From Alphaproteobacteria bacterium (GTDB lineage Bacteria > Pseudomonadota > Alphaproteobacteria > Acetobacterales > Acetobacteraceae), in assembly GCA_026400795.1 (NCBI GenBank), contig JAPLOJ010000222.1, positions 1 through 54,249 of the forward strand: 54,249 bases of DNA, read 5' to 3'. The notes below the pieces were generated by a model. That model searched no databases. It was not told the DNA's origin and saw nothing but the letters and a program-made list of their open reading frames with translations. Every line of letters begins with the position of its first letter. Position 1 is the first letter of the stretch. Position numbers and translations under genes: made by a program. Of the stretch, positions 31,120 to 41,346 are shown one piece after another.

Positions 31120-31364
31120 CGCGGCAGACCGTTTTCATCATAAAGGTCGCGGTGATCGGAACTCGCCCCCGGCGTGAGAGTCGGGCGCACCCGTTCCCCA
31201 ATGGCGAGGATTTCCGCCACCTTTTGCGCCCGGGCTTCCTTGGTGGCCGCGAGCTTTTCCTGCACTGCTACCCGCACGGCCCCGGTCGCCGTGGTGCCGA
31301 GCATTGCCGCAAGCTCCTTCGCTTCAGCAATCAGCGCGGTATCCTTGATGTTCAACTGGCCCAT
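31116..31364 (-). CDS. vapB: VapB antitoxin (RHH type)
   Basis: MGQLNIKD...AKELAAMLGTTATGAVRVAV...LYDENGLPR; ATGA overlap with vapC. Confidence 0.9.
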   Translation of the reverse strand: MGQLNIKDTALIAEAKELAAMLGTTATGAVRVAVQEKLAATKEARAQKVAEILAIGERVRPTLTPGASSDHRDLYDENGLPR

Positions 31365-31374
31365 GACGCACCTT

Positions 31375-31420
31375 TGGTAGAAAGCGCCCCTGATATGGTA
31401 GAAAGCCCTCGAAAGCGCAA
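31375..31420 (-). promoter_or_regulatory. vapBC promoter with a direct-repeat operator
   Basis: TTGCGC-N17-CATATC on the minus strand, overlapped by TGGTAGAAAGC direct repeats at 31375-31385 and 31396-31406. Confidence 0.6.
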
Positions 31421-31422
31421 GG

Positions 31423-32286
<864 letters not shown>

Positions 32287-32325
32287 GGCGGTTCTGTGCT
32301 CTGGCGTAAGGCTCGTGCGGGGTGC

Positions 32326-32354
32326 TGTATAGGCAGGCGACCCGGACCCGGCAA
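32326..32354 (-). promoter_or_regulatory. Sigma70-type promoter of glyQ
   Basis: TTGCCG-N17-TATACA on the minus strand. Confidence 0.6.
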
Positions 32355-32365
32355 GGAAAGCCATC

Positions 32366-32770
32366 ATGAACACTGCGCACGACATCGTTGCCGCCTATCT
32401 GGCCGCCTTCAATCGCGGTGATTGGCCGGGCATGCTGGCACTGCTGGCCGATGATGTGGTTCATGACATCAATCAGGGCGGCGCCGAGCAAGGCAAGCTG
32501 GCCTTCGCCGCCTTTCTGGACCGGATGGCGCGCTGCTACCGGGAAGAATTGCGCGATATCGTAATCATGGTCGGCGCTGATGGCGCCCGTGCCGCGGCTG
32601 AATTCCAGGTGCATGGCGAATATCTGGCGCAGGATACCGGGCTGCCGCCGGCGCGTGGCCAGCGCTACGCCCTGCCGGCCGGGGCGTTTTTCGCAGTGAA
32701 GGATGGCCGCATCACACGGGTCACCATGTATTACAATTTGCCGGAATGGCTCCGCCAAGTAGCCGCTTAA
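32366..32770 (+). CDS. Ketosteroid isomerase-related (SnoaL/NTF2-like) protein
   Basis: [43 protein letters not shown]. Confidence 0.85.
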   Translation: MNTAHDIVAAYLAAFNRGDWPGMLALLADDVVHDINQGGAEQGKLAFAAFLDRMARCYREELRDIVIMVGADGARAAAEFQVHGEYLAQDTGLPPARGQRYALPAGAFFAVKDGRITRVTMYYNLPEWLRQVAA

Positions 32771-32809
32771 AGCCTTGCTTTCCGCCCGCCTGCAGTGCTT
32801 TCTGGTGCC

Positions 32810-33658
32810 ATGAATCTGCTTTCCGGTCATGCCCGCCTCGCCGGGGTTTTCGGCCACCCGATCACCCATTCACGTTCGCCGCGCCTCCATGGGTTCTGGC
32901 TGCAACGCTATGGCATTGATGGTGCCTATATTCCGCTTGGCGTGGCGCCCAGCGGCTTTGCTGCAGCGGTGCGCGCGCTGGTGGATCTCGGCTTTCGCGG
33001 CGCCAATGTCACCATCCCCCATAAGCTCGCGGCTTTTGAGATTTGTGATGCGGTTGCGCCCTTCGCGCGGCGTGCCGGGGCGGTGAATACGTTAATTTTC
33101 CGCGATGGCAGGATTGAAGGCTCCAACACCGATGGCTTCGGCTTCCTGGAAAGCATCCGCGAAGCGGCACCCGGCTGGCGCGCGGATGCTGGCCCCGCTG
33201 TGCTTTTGGGCGCGGGCGGTGCGGCGCGCGCCATTGCGGCCGCGTTGCTCGATGCCGGCGCGCCGCGTGTGACGCTGGTGAACCGCACTGCTGCAAAGGC
33301 CGAGGCTTTGGCGCGTGACCTGGGCGGGCCGATCCATGTCGCGGATCGGCCATCCCTCGAAGACGCGGCTTTGCTTGTGAATACCACCTCCCTCGGCATG
33401 CAAGGCCAGCCGGGGCTGGAGGTGGATCTGGCGCCTTTGCCGGCCAGCGCGGTCGTGGCGGATATTGTCTATGTGCCGCTCGAAACCCGCCTTCTGGCGG
33501 CAGCGCGGGCGCGGGGCCTGGTTGCGGTGGATGGGCTTGGCATGTTGCTGCATCAGGCGCGGCCGGGTTTTGAGGCCTGGTTCGGCGTGGCACCTCAGGT
33601 GGATCAGGCTTTGCGCGATGTGGTGGCCGCCGATATCCCGAAGCGGGATGGCGCATGA
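32810..33658 (+). CDS. aroE: Shikimate dehydrogenase
   Basis: HSRSP, GANVTIPHK, NTDGFG, GAGGAA and DGLGMLLHQA. Confidence 0.95.
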   Translation: MNLLSGHARLAGVFGHPITHSRSPRLHGFWLQRYGIDGAYIPLGVAPSGFAAAVRALVDLGFRGANVTIPHKLAAFEICDAVAPFARRAGAVNTLIFRDGRIEGSNTDGFGFLESIREAAPGWRADAGPAVLLGAGGAARAIAAALLDAGAPRVTLVNRTAAKAEALARDLGGPIHVADRPSLEDAALLVNTTSLGMQGQPGLEVDLAPLPASAVVADIVYVPLETRLLAAARARGLVAVDGLGMLLHQARPGFEAWFGVAPQVDQALRDVVAADIPKRDGA

Positions 33659-34248
33659 AGATCATCGGCCTCACGGGCGGGATCGGGATGGGTAAATCCA
33701 CGGCCTCCGCTATGTTTCGCCGCCATAGGGTGCCGATATTCGATGCTGATCAAGCCGTGCATGAATTGCAGGCGGTGGGCGGGCGTGCGGTGCGACCGAT
33801 TGAAGCGGCCTTTCCAGGCACGACGCGCGGCGGCGCGGTGGATCGGGAGGCACTGCGTCGTGCTGCGCTTGGTAATCCAGCCGCGCTGAAGGTTCTGGAA
33901 CGCATTGTCCATCCCCTGGTGCGCGATGCCGAGAAGCGTTTTCTGGCGGCGGCGCGGCGTGCGGGGAAATCCTTGGTCGTCTTGGATATTCCCTTGCTGT
34001 TGGAAACGGGTGGTGAGAAGCGCGTTGACCTGGTGGTGGTGGTCTCAGCCCCCGCTGCGGTTCAGGCGGCGCGCGTTATGCGCCGGCCGGGGATGACGCG
34101 GGAAAGGCTTGCCGCCATTCGCGCGCGGCAAATGCCGGATGCTGAAAAGCGCCGACGCGCTGATGTGGTGATGCATAGCGGGTTGTCGCGGCATTTTGCC
34201 GTTGCTGCCATTAGGCGCTTGTTGCGCCGGCTCAGGGAAGCGGGCTGA
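33655..34248 (+). CDS. coaE: Dephospho-CoA kinase
   Basis: GLTGGIGMGKST, HPLV and DIPLLLE. Confidence 0.96.
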   Translation: MKIIGLTGGIGMGKSTASAMFRRHRVPIFDADQAVHELQAVGGRAVRPIEAAFPGTTRGGAVDREALRRAALGNPAALKVLERIVHPLVRDAEKRFLAAARRAGKSLVVLDIPLLLETGGEKRVDLVVVVSAPAAVQAARVMRRPGMTRERLAAIRARQMPDAEKRRRADVVMHSGLSRHFAVAAIRRLLRRLREAG

Positions 34249-34949
34249 TGCGCCAGATTGTGCTGGATACGGAAACGACGGGGCTCGATCCGCTCACGGG
34301 CGACCGCGTGATTGAAGTGGCGGCGGTGGAGCTATTCAATCTGCTGCCAACGGGTGAGGCGTTTCACAGCGTGATTGATCCGGAACGCGATATCCCAGCC
34401 GAGGCTTCACGCATTCATGGCTTCACGAATGGTGATGTCGCCGGCAAGCCGAAATTCGCTGCGATTGCCGATCAGCTCCTGAAATTCTTGGGTGATGCCG
34501 ACATCATTGCGCATAATGCCCCCTTCGATTTCGGCTTTCTGGATGCTGAGTTGTTTCGGTGTCAGCGCCCACCCTTGGATCGCCGCCGCATGATTGACAG
34601 CCTGGCGATGGCGAAGACGCGCTTTCCCGGCATGCCGAATAATCTGGACGCGCTGTGTCGCCGGCTTGGAGTGGATAATTCCATGCGCGGTAACCACAAC
34701 GCCGTGCTCGACTGCCAGCTTTTGGCGCAGGTCTATCTGGAAATGATGGGCGGCAAGCAGCCGGGGCTGGAATTGGCCGCCAAATCCGCGCCGCGCATGG
34801 TCAATCTTGATGTGGAAACGGTGGAGCGTGACGCGGTGCTGATTACCCCATCCGCAGAAGCACTAGCCGCGCATGAGGTGTTCGTTTCCGGCAAGATTAA
34901 GGAGGCGCTTTGGCTGAAGCCCCCCTTCACGCCCGAAGGTACTTCGTAG
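34248..34949 (+). CDS. dnaQ: DNA polymerase III epsilon subunit
   Basis: VLDTETTGL, AHNAPFD, HNAVLD and YLEMMGGKQ. Confidence 0.95.
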   Translation: MRQIVLDTETTGLDPLTGDRVIEVAAVELFNLLPTGEAFHSVIDPERDIPAEASRIHGFTNGDVAGKPKFAAIADQLLKFLGDADIIAHNAPFDFGFLDAELFRCQRPPLDRRRMIDSLAMAKTRFPGMPNNLDALCRRLGVDNSMRGNHNAVLDCQLLAQVYLEMMGGKQPGLELAAKSAPRMVNLDVETVERDAVLITPSAEALAAHEVFVSGKIKEALWLKPPFTPEGTS

Positions 34950-34955
34950 CGCGCC

Positions 34956-36014
34956 TTACCCGCTTCGGATGATGCGCATGAGCTGCGCGACATGTTCGGG
35001 TGGGGTGGGTGGGATGATGCCATGGCCCAGATTAAAGATAAAAGGCCTGCCGCGCATGGCAGCCAGAATGCTGCGCGCCTCGGCTTCCAAAGCAGCACCA
35101 CCGGCGACTAGCGCCAGCGGGTCCAGATTGCCTTGCAGTGGCATGGTTGCCGGCACAGCCTGGGCGGCCCAGCGCGGGTCCATGCTGGTATCCATGGCAA
35201 CCCCATCTACTGCTGCCCGGCTGGCGTAATCGGGCAGCATGGGCCCTGCCAGACGAGGAAAGCCGATAATGGGCGTTGTTGGGCAGCGCTTGCGCACCGC
35301 TCGGGCGATGGCGGCTGAGGGTTCAATCACCCAGCGGCGGAATTGGCTGGGTGGAAGCAGGCCAGCCCAGGTGTCGAACAGCATCAGCGCCTCGGCACCT
35401 GCCTCAACTTGAGCGACCAGATATTCGACGGTGGCATCCTGCAGAATGCGGATCAGTCGGCCAAAGCTGGCGGGGTCGCTGTAGGCCATGCCGCGGGTGG
35501 CGGCGAAATCCTTGCTGCCGCGACCTTCCACCATGTAGCAGGCAACGGTGAAGGGTGAACCGGCAAAGCCGATCAGCGCGGTTTTCGGGTGATCCTGATT
35601 AAGCCCGGCGCGGGTTAGGCGGACGGTTTCGAAAATCGGCGCGGCTTTCGCAAGCAAGCCATCCAGATTGAGGGCGGCGATGCCTTCAGCCGAGCGGATC
35701 GGGTCGAGCAGCGGGCCTTCACCTTCGGCAAAGCGTAGCCCCTGGCCGAGCGCCCAAGGTACGATCAGGATATCGGAAAACAGGATGGCGGCATCCATGC
35801 CATAACGGCGGATGGGTTGCAGCGTGACCTCAGCCGCCAAATCCGGCGTGGTGCAGAGGGAGATGAAATCCCCTGCTATAGCGCGGGTCGCGCGATATTC
35901 GGGCAGATAGCGCCCGGCCTGGCGCATCAGCCATACGGGGGGCGGCCAGACGGGTTCTCCGGCCAAGACGCGCAAAAAGGGTTTGGCCCGGCTGGGCTCG
36001 TTTTCCATTTCCAT
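34956..36014 (-). CDS. hemE: Uroporphyrinogen decarboxylase
   Basis: WLMRQAGRYLPEY, AAILFSDIL, QGNLDP and FNLGHGI. Confidence 0.97.
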   Translation of the reverse strand: MEMENEPSRAKPFLRVLAGEPVWPPPVWLMRQAGRYLPEYRATRAIAGDFISLCTTPDLAAEVTLQPIRRYGMDAAILFSDILIVPWALGQGLRFAEGEGPLLDPIRSAEGIAALNLDGLLAKAAPIFETVRLTRAGLNQDHPKTALIGFAGSPFTVACYMVEGRGSKDFAATRGMAYSDPASFGRLIRILQDATVEYLVAQVEAGAEALMLFDTWAGLLPPSQFRRWVIEPSAAIARAVRKRCPTTPIIGFPRLAGPMLPDYASRAAVDGVAMDTSMDPRWAAQAVPATMPLQGNLDPLALVAGGAALEAEARSILAAMRGRPFIFNLGHGIIPPTPPEHVAQLMRIIRSG

Positions 36015-36310
36015 GACCCTCACCTAAGCATTGAATCTAAGATTCTGAAAGATGAGGTAGCTTGTAGGGCCTGTGGATCATGGGGAGGCAAGTGATGCCA
36101 ATTCCATCCACAGGGTTCTCCCGATGGCAAATCAATGGGCATTGGTGATTCTGTCAGTGGTGATAGGAGTTGCGCTTGTAGTGGATCACGGCTCGGCAAA
36201 AGCATCCAGGCTTGCGCGATGAGGGGGTTTCATCCCCATTATGGGTTCGCGCGGGATCGGTGCTGGAATCCACCCCCGTTATCCACATTGATTCACGGAA
36301 TTCTCCCGCT
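36015..36310. other. oriC: Probable chromosomal replication origin (oriC)
   Basis: Lies between divergent hemE and the PPDK-regulatory gene, as Caulobacter Cori does. DnaA-box-like 9-mers: TTATCCACA 36279, TGTGGATCA 36072, CCATCCACA 36104, AGTGGATCA 36180, TCATCCCCA 36230. Five GANTC sites and an AT-rich patch near 36025-36055. Confidence 0.8.
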
Positions 36311-37201
36311 ATGACAAACAGGCATATTGATTTGCACCTGGTATCCGATTCAACCGGGGAAACGTTGCAATCCATCGCCCGCGCGACGCTGGCGCGGTTT
36401 GATGATCACCATGTGGTGGATCATCGCTGGAGCCTGATTCGATCCCGCCTTCAATTGGATCGCGTGTTGGAGGGTATTCAACATGAACCAGGGCCGGTGC
36501 TCTATACTTTGGTAGATTCGAGCCTGCGGCATGTGTTGCAAGAAGCGTGCCAACGGATGGGAGTCACATGCCTCTCGCCGCTTGATCCGGTGATGGCGCT
36601 GCTCCAGGACGCGACAGGGGTACGGGCCCGTGAAAAGCGTGCTGCGCAGCATGTGATGGATGCAGATTACTTTCGGCGCATTGATGCCATGCATTACGTG
36701 CTGTCCCATGATGATGGCCAAGGGACTGTCGGCATTCGGAACGCTGATGTGGTCCTTGTTGGGGTTTCGCGCAGCAGCAAGACGCCCACCTGCTTTTATC
36801 TGGCCAATCGCGGGATCAAGGCTGCCAACGTGCCGATCGTGCCAGGTGCTAGCCTGCCCGAGATTTTGAATGACCCGCCCTGCCCCGTGGTCGGGCTTTA
36901 TATTGAAGCGAATGCGCTGATTGATATCCGCCGGCACCGCCTGAAGATCATTGGTGGCCAAGGTGTGCGGCAAGACACGACGGATTACATTGATCCTGAA
37001 GCGGTGAAGGCGGAGATCATCGCCGCGCGGCGGCTTTGCACCAGCCAAGGCTGGCCGGTGATTGATGTGACGCGGCGTAGCATTGAGGAAACCGCAGCGA
37101 CCATCCTGCAATTGATGGAAGCCTGGCATGCGCGGCGGCGCGAGACCAAAGCGGCCGCCCCGCCTGAGGATCCTGCTGCGGGTGTGATCGGGAAGGCCTG
37201 A
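36311..37201 (+). CDS. Pyruvate, phosphate/water dikinase regulatory protein (kinase/pyrophosphorylase)
   Basis: [27 protein letters not shown] and [12 protein letters not shown]. Confidence 0.95.
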   Translation: MTNRHIDLHLVSDSTGETLQSIARATLARFDDHHVVDHRWSLIRSRLQLDRVLEGIQHEPGPVLYTLVDSSLRHVLQEACQRMGVTCLSPLDPVMALLQDATGVRAREKRAAQHVMDADYFRRIDAMHYVLSHDDGQGTVGIRNADVVLVGVSRSSKTPTCFYLANRGIKAANVPIVPGASLPEILNDPPCPVVGLYIEANALIDIRRHRLKIIGGQGVRQDTTDYIDPEAVKAEIIAARRLCTSQGWPVIDVTRRSIEETAATILQLMEAWHARRRETKAAAPPEDPAAGVIGKA

Positions 37202-37206
37202 CACTG

Positions 37207-37986
37207 GTGACAGAAGACCAACCGAGTATTGCGGCCCTGGAGCGCGCTTGCCTAACAGCGGTACCGGCGCAGCGCGTCGCTTTTGATGGCAGTTTTGTCG
37301 TGCGTGCATTTTTGGGCGGTACAGGCCGCGCGAATGCAGCGAGCAGTTTGAGCGCTGAGGCAGACCCGGAATTATCGGCTCGCATTGCGCGCATTGAGAA
37401 GCGTTATGAGGCGCTGAAACTACCGGTACGGTTTCGCTCCACACCGCTTGATCCGCCAGGCATGGCAGAGGCGCTCGCGGCGCGCGGCTATGTATCGAAG
37501 GATGAGACGATCATTTTCCTGGCAAAGGTTCAGGGCGTCGCTCGCACTGACGATGCAGTGCGCGTGCTAGCCGCCCCTGATGAGGATTGGATGGCGGTCA
37601 CGGCCACAGCCGAACATCAGGTGCCAGCGCGGCGAACCGAGAAGGAACGCGCGGTCAGCATGATGATGGTACCAGCAGCTTGGCTGGTGTTGTACGAGGA
37701 TGGCAAGCCAGTGGCCTGTATTTCAGTGGTGGCCGATGGGCGGCTGGCCGGGTTTTTTGATCTGGCGGTGGTGCCTGAAGCGCGGCGCCGGGGCATAGGG
37801 TCCCGTATTACCCGCGCGGCAGCGCAATGGGCCGCGGCGCAGGGCGCGGAATGGCTATGGGCGCAAGTGTCCTCAGCCAATCGGGCTTCCTGCACGGCGC
37901 AACAGAGCCTTGGCATGCGGGAAGCCTATCGCTATGTTTATTTTGTCAGGCCGCAGGACAAGGTGGCGGCATTACAGTTCGGGTGA
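37207..37986 (+). CDS. GNAT family N-acetyltransferase
   Basis: GGTGRANAA N-terminal motif and VVPEARRRGIG acetyl-CoA motif. Confidence 0.85.
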   Translation: MTEDQPSIAALERACLTAVPAQRVAFDGSFVVRAFLGGTGRANAASSLSAEADPELSARIARIEKRYEALKLPVRFRSTPLDPPGMAEALAARGYVSKDETIIFLAKVQGVARTDDAVRVLAAPDEDWMAVTATAEHQVPARRTEKERAVSMMMVPAAWLVLYEDGKPVACISVVADGRLAGFFDLAVVPEARRRGIGSRITRAAAQWAAAQGAEWLWAQVSSANRASCTAQQSLGMREAYRYVYFVRPQDKVAALQFG

Positions 37987-38037
37987 TGGCGGGCATCTGG
38001 GCTTCAGGTTAATGGTTCTGAAGCCCAGGTCGTAATC

Positions 38038-39024
38038 TTAGGGAATAAGAACCGTGCTGCCGGTGGTCTTGCGCGATTCAAGCGCAATATGCGCGGAACC
38101 GGCATCCTTCAGTGCGTAGCTTTGATTGACGCGAATCTTGACCGCGCCCGAGGCAACGACCTCAAACAAATCATTGGCGCGCGCCACCAAATCCTCGCGT
38201 TGCGCCGTATAGGTCGCAAGCGTGGGCCGCGTGACATAGAGCGAGCCCTTGGCGGCTAGAATGCCAAGATCGGGAATGGCAACGGGGCCTGAAGCATTGC
38301 CGTAGGAAATCATCAGGCCGTAAGGCGCCAAGCAATCGAGCGAGGTCAGGAAGCTGTCCTTGCCTACGCTGTCATACACCACGGGCAGCATGCCGCCCTT
38401 GGTGATGTCTTTCACGCGGGCAGGGATATCATCGCTGGTGAGCAACGCATGATCCACGCCGTGATCCTTCACGAGCGCTGCTTTTTCCGGCGTGCTGACC
38501 ACGCCAATGACAGTACAGCCAAGATGCTTGGCCCATTGGCTGAGGATAAGGCCAACCCCGCCAGCCGCCGCATGAATCAGCACGGTCTGGCCTGCCTTGG
38601 CGGCGTAGCATTTCTTGATCAGGAAGGCGGCTGTCATGCCTTGCAGCATCATTGCGGCGCCTTGTTCGAAGCTGATCGCATCCGGCATTTTCACCAGGCG
38701 GTCGGCCTTGATGGTGCGTGCTTCGGCATAGGCGCCGATCGGGCCGGTGGCGTAGGCCACGCGATCACCGACTTTCACTTCGGTCACGCCCTCGCCGATC
38801 GCTTCCACAATGCCTGAGGCTTCCATGCCGATGATGGCCGGCATGCTGGGCGCTTTGTAAAGGCCAGTGCGGAAATAGACGTCAATGTAATTCAGGCCAA
38901 CGGCCTTGTGCCGCACCAGCGCTTCGCCTGGCTTGGGGGCGGGAAGGGGTACTTCTTCCCAAATCATTTTCTCCGGGCCGCCGGGTTCATGGATGCGGAT
39001 AGCGTGATTCATGGGGGTATCCAT
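38038..39024 (-). CDS. qor: NADPH:quinone oxidoreductase (zeta-crystallin family)
   Basis: GLNYIDVYFRTGLY, HAAAGGVG, YDSVGKD and KGSLYVTRP; alternative start 39012. Confidence 0.92.
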   Translation of the reverse strand: MDTPMNHAIRIHEPGGPEKMIWEEVPLPAPKPGEALVRHKAVGLNYIDVYFRTGLYKAPSMPAIIGMEASGIVEAIGEGVTEVKVGDRVAYATGPIGAYAEARTIKADRLVKMPDAISFEQGAAMMLQGMTAAFLIKKCYAAKAGQTVLIHAAAGGVGLILSQWAKHLGCTVIGVVSTPEKAALVKDHGVDHALLTSDDIPARVKDITKGGMLPVVYDSVGKDSFLTSLDCLAPYGLMISYGNASGPVAIPDLGILAAKGSLYVTRPTLATYTAQREDLVARANDLFEVVASGAVKIRVNQSYALKDAGSAHIALESRKTTGSTVLIP

Positions 39025-39491
39025 CAGGTGTTGAGGGGGAGAAGAAGCGCGCGGCTTTCATGATCTAAAAGATAGCGCTTTGTAGCCGGTCCATCGCCAC
39101 CGGAATAGCCGCCCAGAGACCCATCGGCGGCGATGACGCGATGGCAGGGGATGAAAAGCGGAATGGGGTTGGCGCCATTGGCCCCGCCGACTGCGCGTGG
39201 GGCGGAGCCGATGGTGCGGGCGATATCAGCATAACTGCGGGTTTCGCCCGGTGGGATTGCGCAAAGCGCGGCCCAGACGCGCTTTTGGAAGTCAGAGCCT
39301 TCGGGCGCGAGCGGCAGGTCGAAACTCATGCGCTTGCCGTCGAAATATGCTTGCAATTGATCCCGCGCTTGGCAAAGCAGGGGGGTTGCTTCCTGATCTC
39401 GACCGCGGCCCCAATCAAGCGCGACGATGGCGCCGCCATCTTCGGAGATGGTGACCTCACCAAGGGGGGTATGAAGAGAGAGTTGCGGCAT
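39024..39491 (-). CDS. ogt: Methylated-DNA--protein-cysteine methyltransferase
   Basis: RAVGGANGANPIPLFIPCHRV active-site motif. Confidence 0.92.
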   Translation of the reverse strand: MPQLSLHTPLGEVTISEDGGAIVALDWGRGRDQEATPLLCQARDQLQAYFDGKRMSFDLPLAPEGSDFQKRVWAALCAIPPGETRSYADIARTIGSAPRAVGGANGANPIPLFIPCHRVIAADGSLGGYSGGDGPATKRYLLDHESRALLLPLNT

Positions 39492-39597
39492 GACGCGCAA
39501 GCGAAGTGGCACCAAGGCCGGGTAGCGTCAAGCGGCGCGGTTTTGACGAATAGCCGGTTAGGCGGCAAGGAAAGACATTCAAGCAACGGGGGTGAGC

Positions 39598-39975
39598 ATG
39601 AGCGATCTGAAAGCGAAGGGGAAAGCTGCCTCAGACCCACCGCCTTATTTTCAGGCGCATGTCTTCGTGTGCTGCAATCGGCGTCCGGAGGGGCATAAGC
39701 GCGGGTCCTGCGCGGCGCGCGGGAGTGAGGCGTTGCGCGACTATATGAAGGCGCGCGGCAAGGAATTGGGGCTGGCCGGGGTGCGGGTGAATATGGCCGG
39801 CTGCTTGGATCGCTGCGAATTCGGCCCGGCCATGGTGATTTACCCCGAGGGCATTTGGTATAAAATCGAAACGAAAGCCGATATTGATGAAGTACTGGAA
39901 ACGCATCTTCGCCAAAAAGGTCGCGTGACGCGCCTGATGCTGACCGAACGCGATGTCCCGCCCGCAAAGGGATAG
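39598..39975 (+). CDS. Thioredoxin-like [2Fe-2S] ferredoxin
   Basis: HVFVCCN..RGSC..GCLDRC..GP..VIYPEGIWY. Confidence 0.9.
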   Translation: MSDLKAKGKAASDPPPYFQAHVFVCCNRRPEGHKRGSCAARGSEALRDYMKARGKELGLAGVRVNMAGCLDRCEFGPAMVIYPEGIWYKIETKADIDEVLETHLRQKGRVTRLMLTERDVPPAKG

Positions 39976-39986
39976 GGCATGGCGAG

Positions 39987-40002
39987 TGTTTCACGTGAAA
40001 CG
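39987..40002. promoter_or_regulatory. parS: parS centromere site 1
   Basis: TGTTTCACGTGAAACG is a 15/16 match to TGTTTCACGTGAAACA, just upstream of mnmE. Confidence 0.9.
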
Positions 40003-40011
40003 AGGCAATAG

Positions 40012-41328
40012 GTGAGCGCGGCCGATACCATCTATGCATTAGCAAGCGGTGCGGCGGCCGGCGCGGTTGCTGTACTGCGCTTGTCGGGCCCTGGCACGGA
40101 TGAAGCGGTGAGGCGGTTGGCCGGCAGCCTGCCGCCCGCACGCCGCGCGAGTCTGCGACGGCTCAGCGCCACGGATGGAGAGACGCTAGACCATTCCCTT
40201 GTGCTTTGGTTTCCGGGGCCTGCTTCCTATACCGGCGAAGATGCGGCTGAGCTGCATTTGCATGGTGGACGTAGCGTTATTGCCGGGGTGATGGAGGCCT
40301 TGACTGCTGCCGGGCTGCGCGAGGCAGAGCCCGGCGAATTCACGCGCCGCGCCTTCCTTCATGGCAAGATGGATTTGACTGCCGCCGAGGGCATCGCCGA
40401 TCTGGTCGCGGCCGAGACTGCGGCGCAGCGGCGCCAGGCACTGCACCAGGCAGATGGCGGCTTGGCCAAGCTTTATGGCGCTTGGGCTGAGCGCTTGGCC
40501 CGGCTGCTAGCCCACCAGGAGGCCGCGATTGAATTCGCCGAAGATGGCCTTCCCACCGATCTGGACGCGAAGGCGCGCGCCGGGGCAGGGGCGTTGCGCG
40601 CGGAAATCGAGGCGCATTTGGCCGATGCGCGGCGCGGCGAATTGCTGCGCGAGGGTTTGGTCTTCGCCATCATCGGCGCGCCGAATGCTGGAAAATCATC
40701 CCTTCTCAATGCTTTGGTTGGCCGGGAAGCGGCTATTGTGTCAGCGCGGGCCGGTACCACGCGGGATATTGTGGAGGCGCGGCTCGATCTGGCCGGCGTG
40801 CCCGTGACGCTTTCCGACACGGCGGGCTTGAGAGAGGCTGGTGATGAGATCGAGGCAGAGGGGATCAAGCGTGCCGAGCGACGCGCGCAGGAAGCACAGC
40901 TTGTCCTGACGGTCTTCGCTGCCGATCAGGCCCCCGATGCCGAAACCCTCCGCTGGGTAGGGTCTGAGGCACTTGTGCTGGTCAATAAATGCGATCTGGC
41001 GTCAGCGCCTGCCGCGATTGCAGATGTTCCAACCATCGCGGTTTCCGCGCGCGAGGGTATCGGGCTGGCCACACTAAGGGGCCGCCTTGCTGAAGCAGCA
41101 CTCCGCCTGACGAGTGCAGGGCAGGGCAATCAACTGACCCGCCCGCGCCATCGCGCGGCACTGACCGAAGCGGCGACGCTGCTGGCTGAGGCGGAGGGGG
41201 CCGGCCTTCCTGAACTGACGGCGGAGGCGCTGCGCGCGGCGCTTTTCGCCCTTGGCCGCCTGACCGGGCGCGTGGGTGTTGAGGAAATTCTCGATATCGT
41301 CTTCCGGGACTTCTGTATCGGCAAGTAA
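40012..41328 (+). CDS. mnmE: tRNA modification GTPase MnmE
   Basis: SYTGED, AEPGEFTRRAF, GAPNAGKSS, GTTRD, DTAGLR and C-terminal FCIGK. Confidence 0.97.
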   Translation: MSAADTIYALASGAAAGAVAVLRLSGPGTDEAVRRLAGSLPPARRASLRRLSATDGETLDHSLVLWFPGPASYTGEDAAELHLHGGRSVIAGVMEALTAAGLREAEPGEFTRRAFLHGKMDLTAAEGIADLVAAETAAQRRQALHQADGGLAKLYGAWAERLARLLAHQEAAIEFAEDGLPTDLDAKARAGAGALRAEIEAHLADARRGELLREGLVFAIIGAPNAGKSSLLNALVGREAAIVSARAGTTRDIVEARLDLAGVPVTLSDTAGLREAGDEIEAEGIKRAERRAQEAQLVLTVFAADQAPDAETLRWVGSEALVLVNKCDLASAPAAIADVPTIAVSAREGIGLATLRGRLAEAALRLTSAGQGNQLTRPRHRAALTEAATLLAEAEGAGLPELTAEALRAALFALGRLTGRVGVEEILDIVFRDFCIGK

Positions 41329-41346
41329 AGCTGATATAGGCCGCAC

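Noticed and set aside
30721-31422. Prophage or IS carrying vapBC
   Set aside because: No integrase, transposase, terminal inverted repeats or target-site duplication seen.
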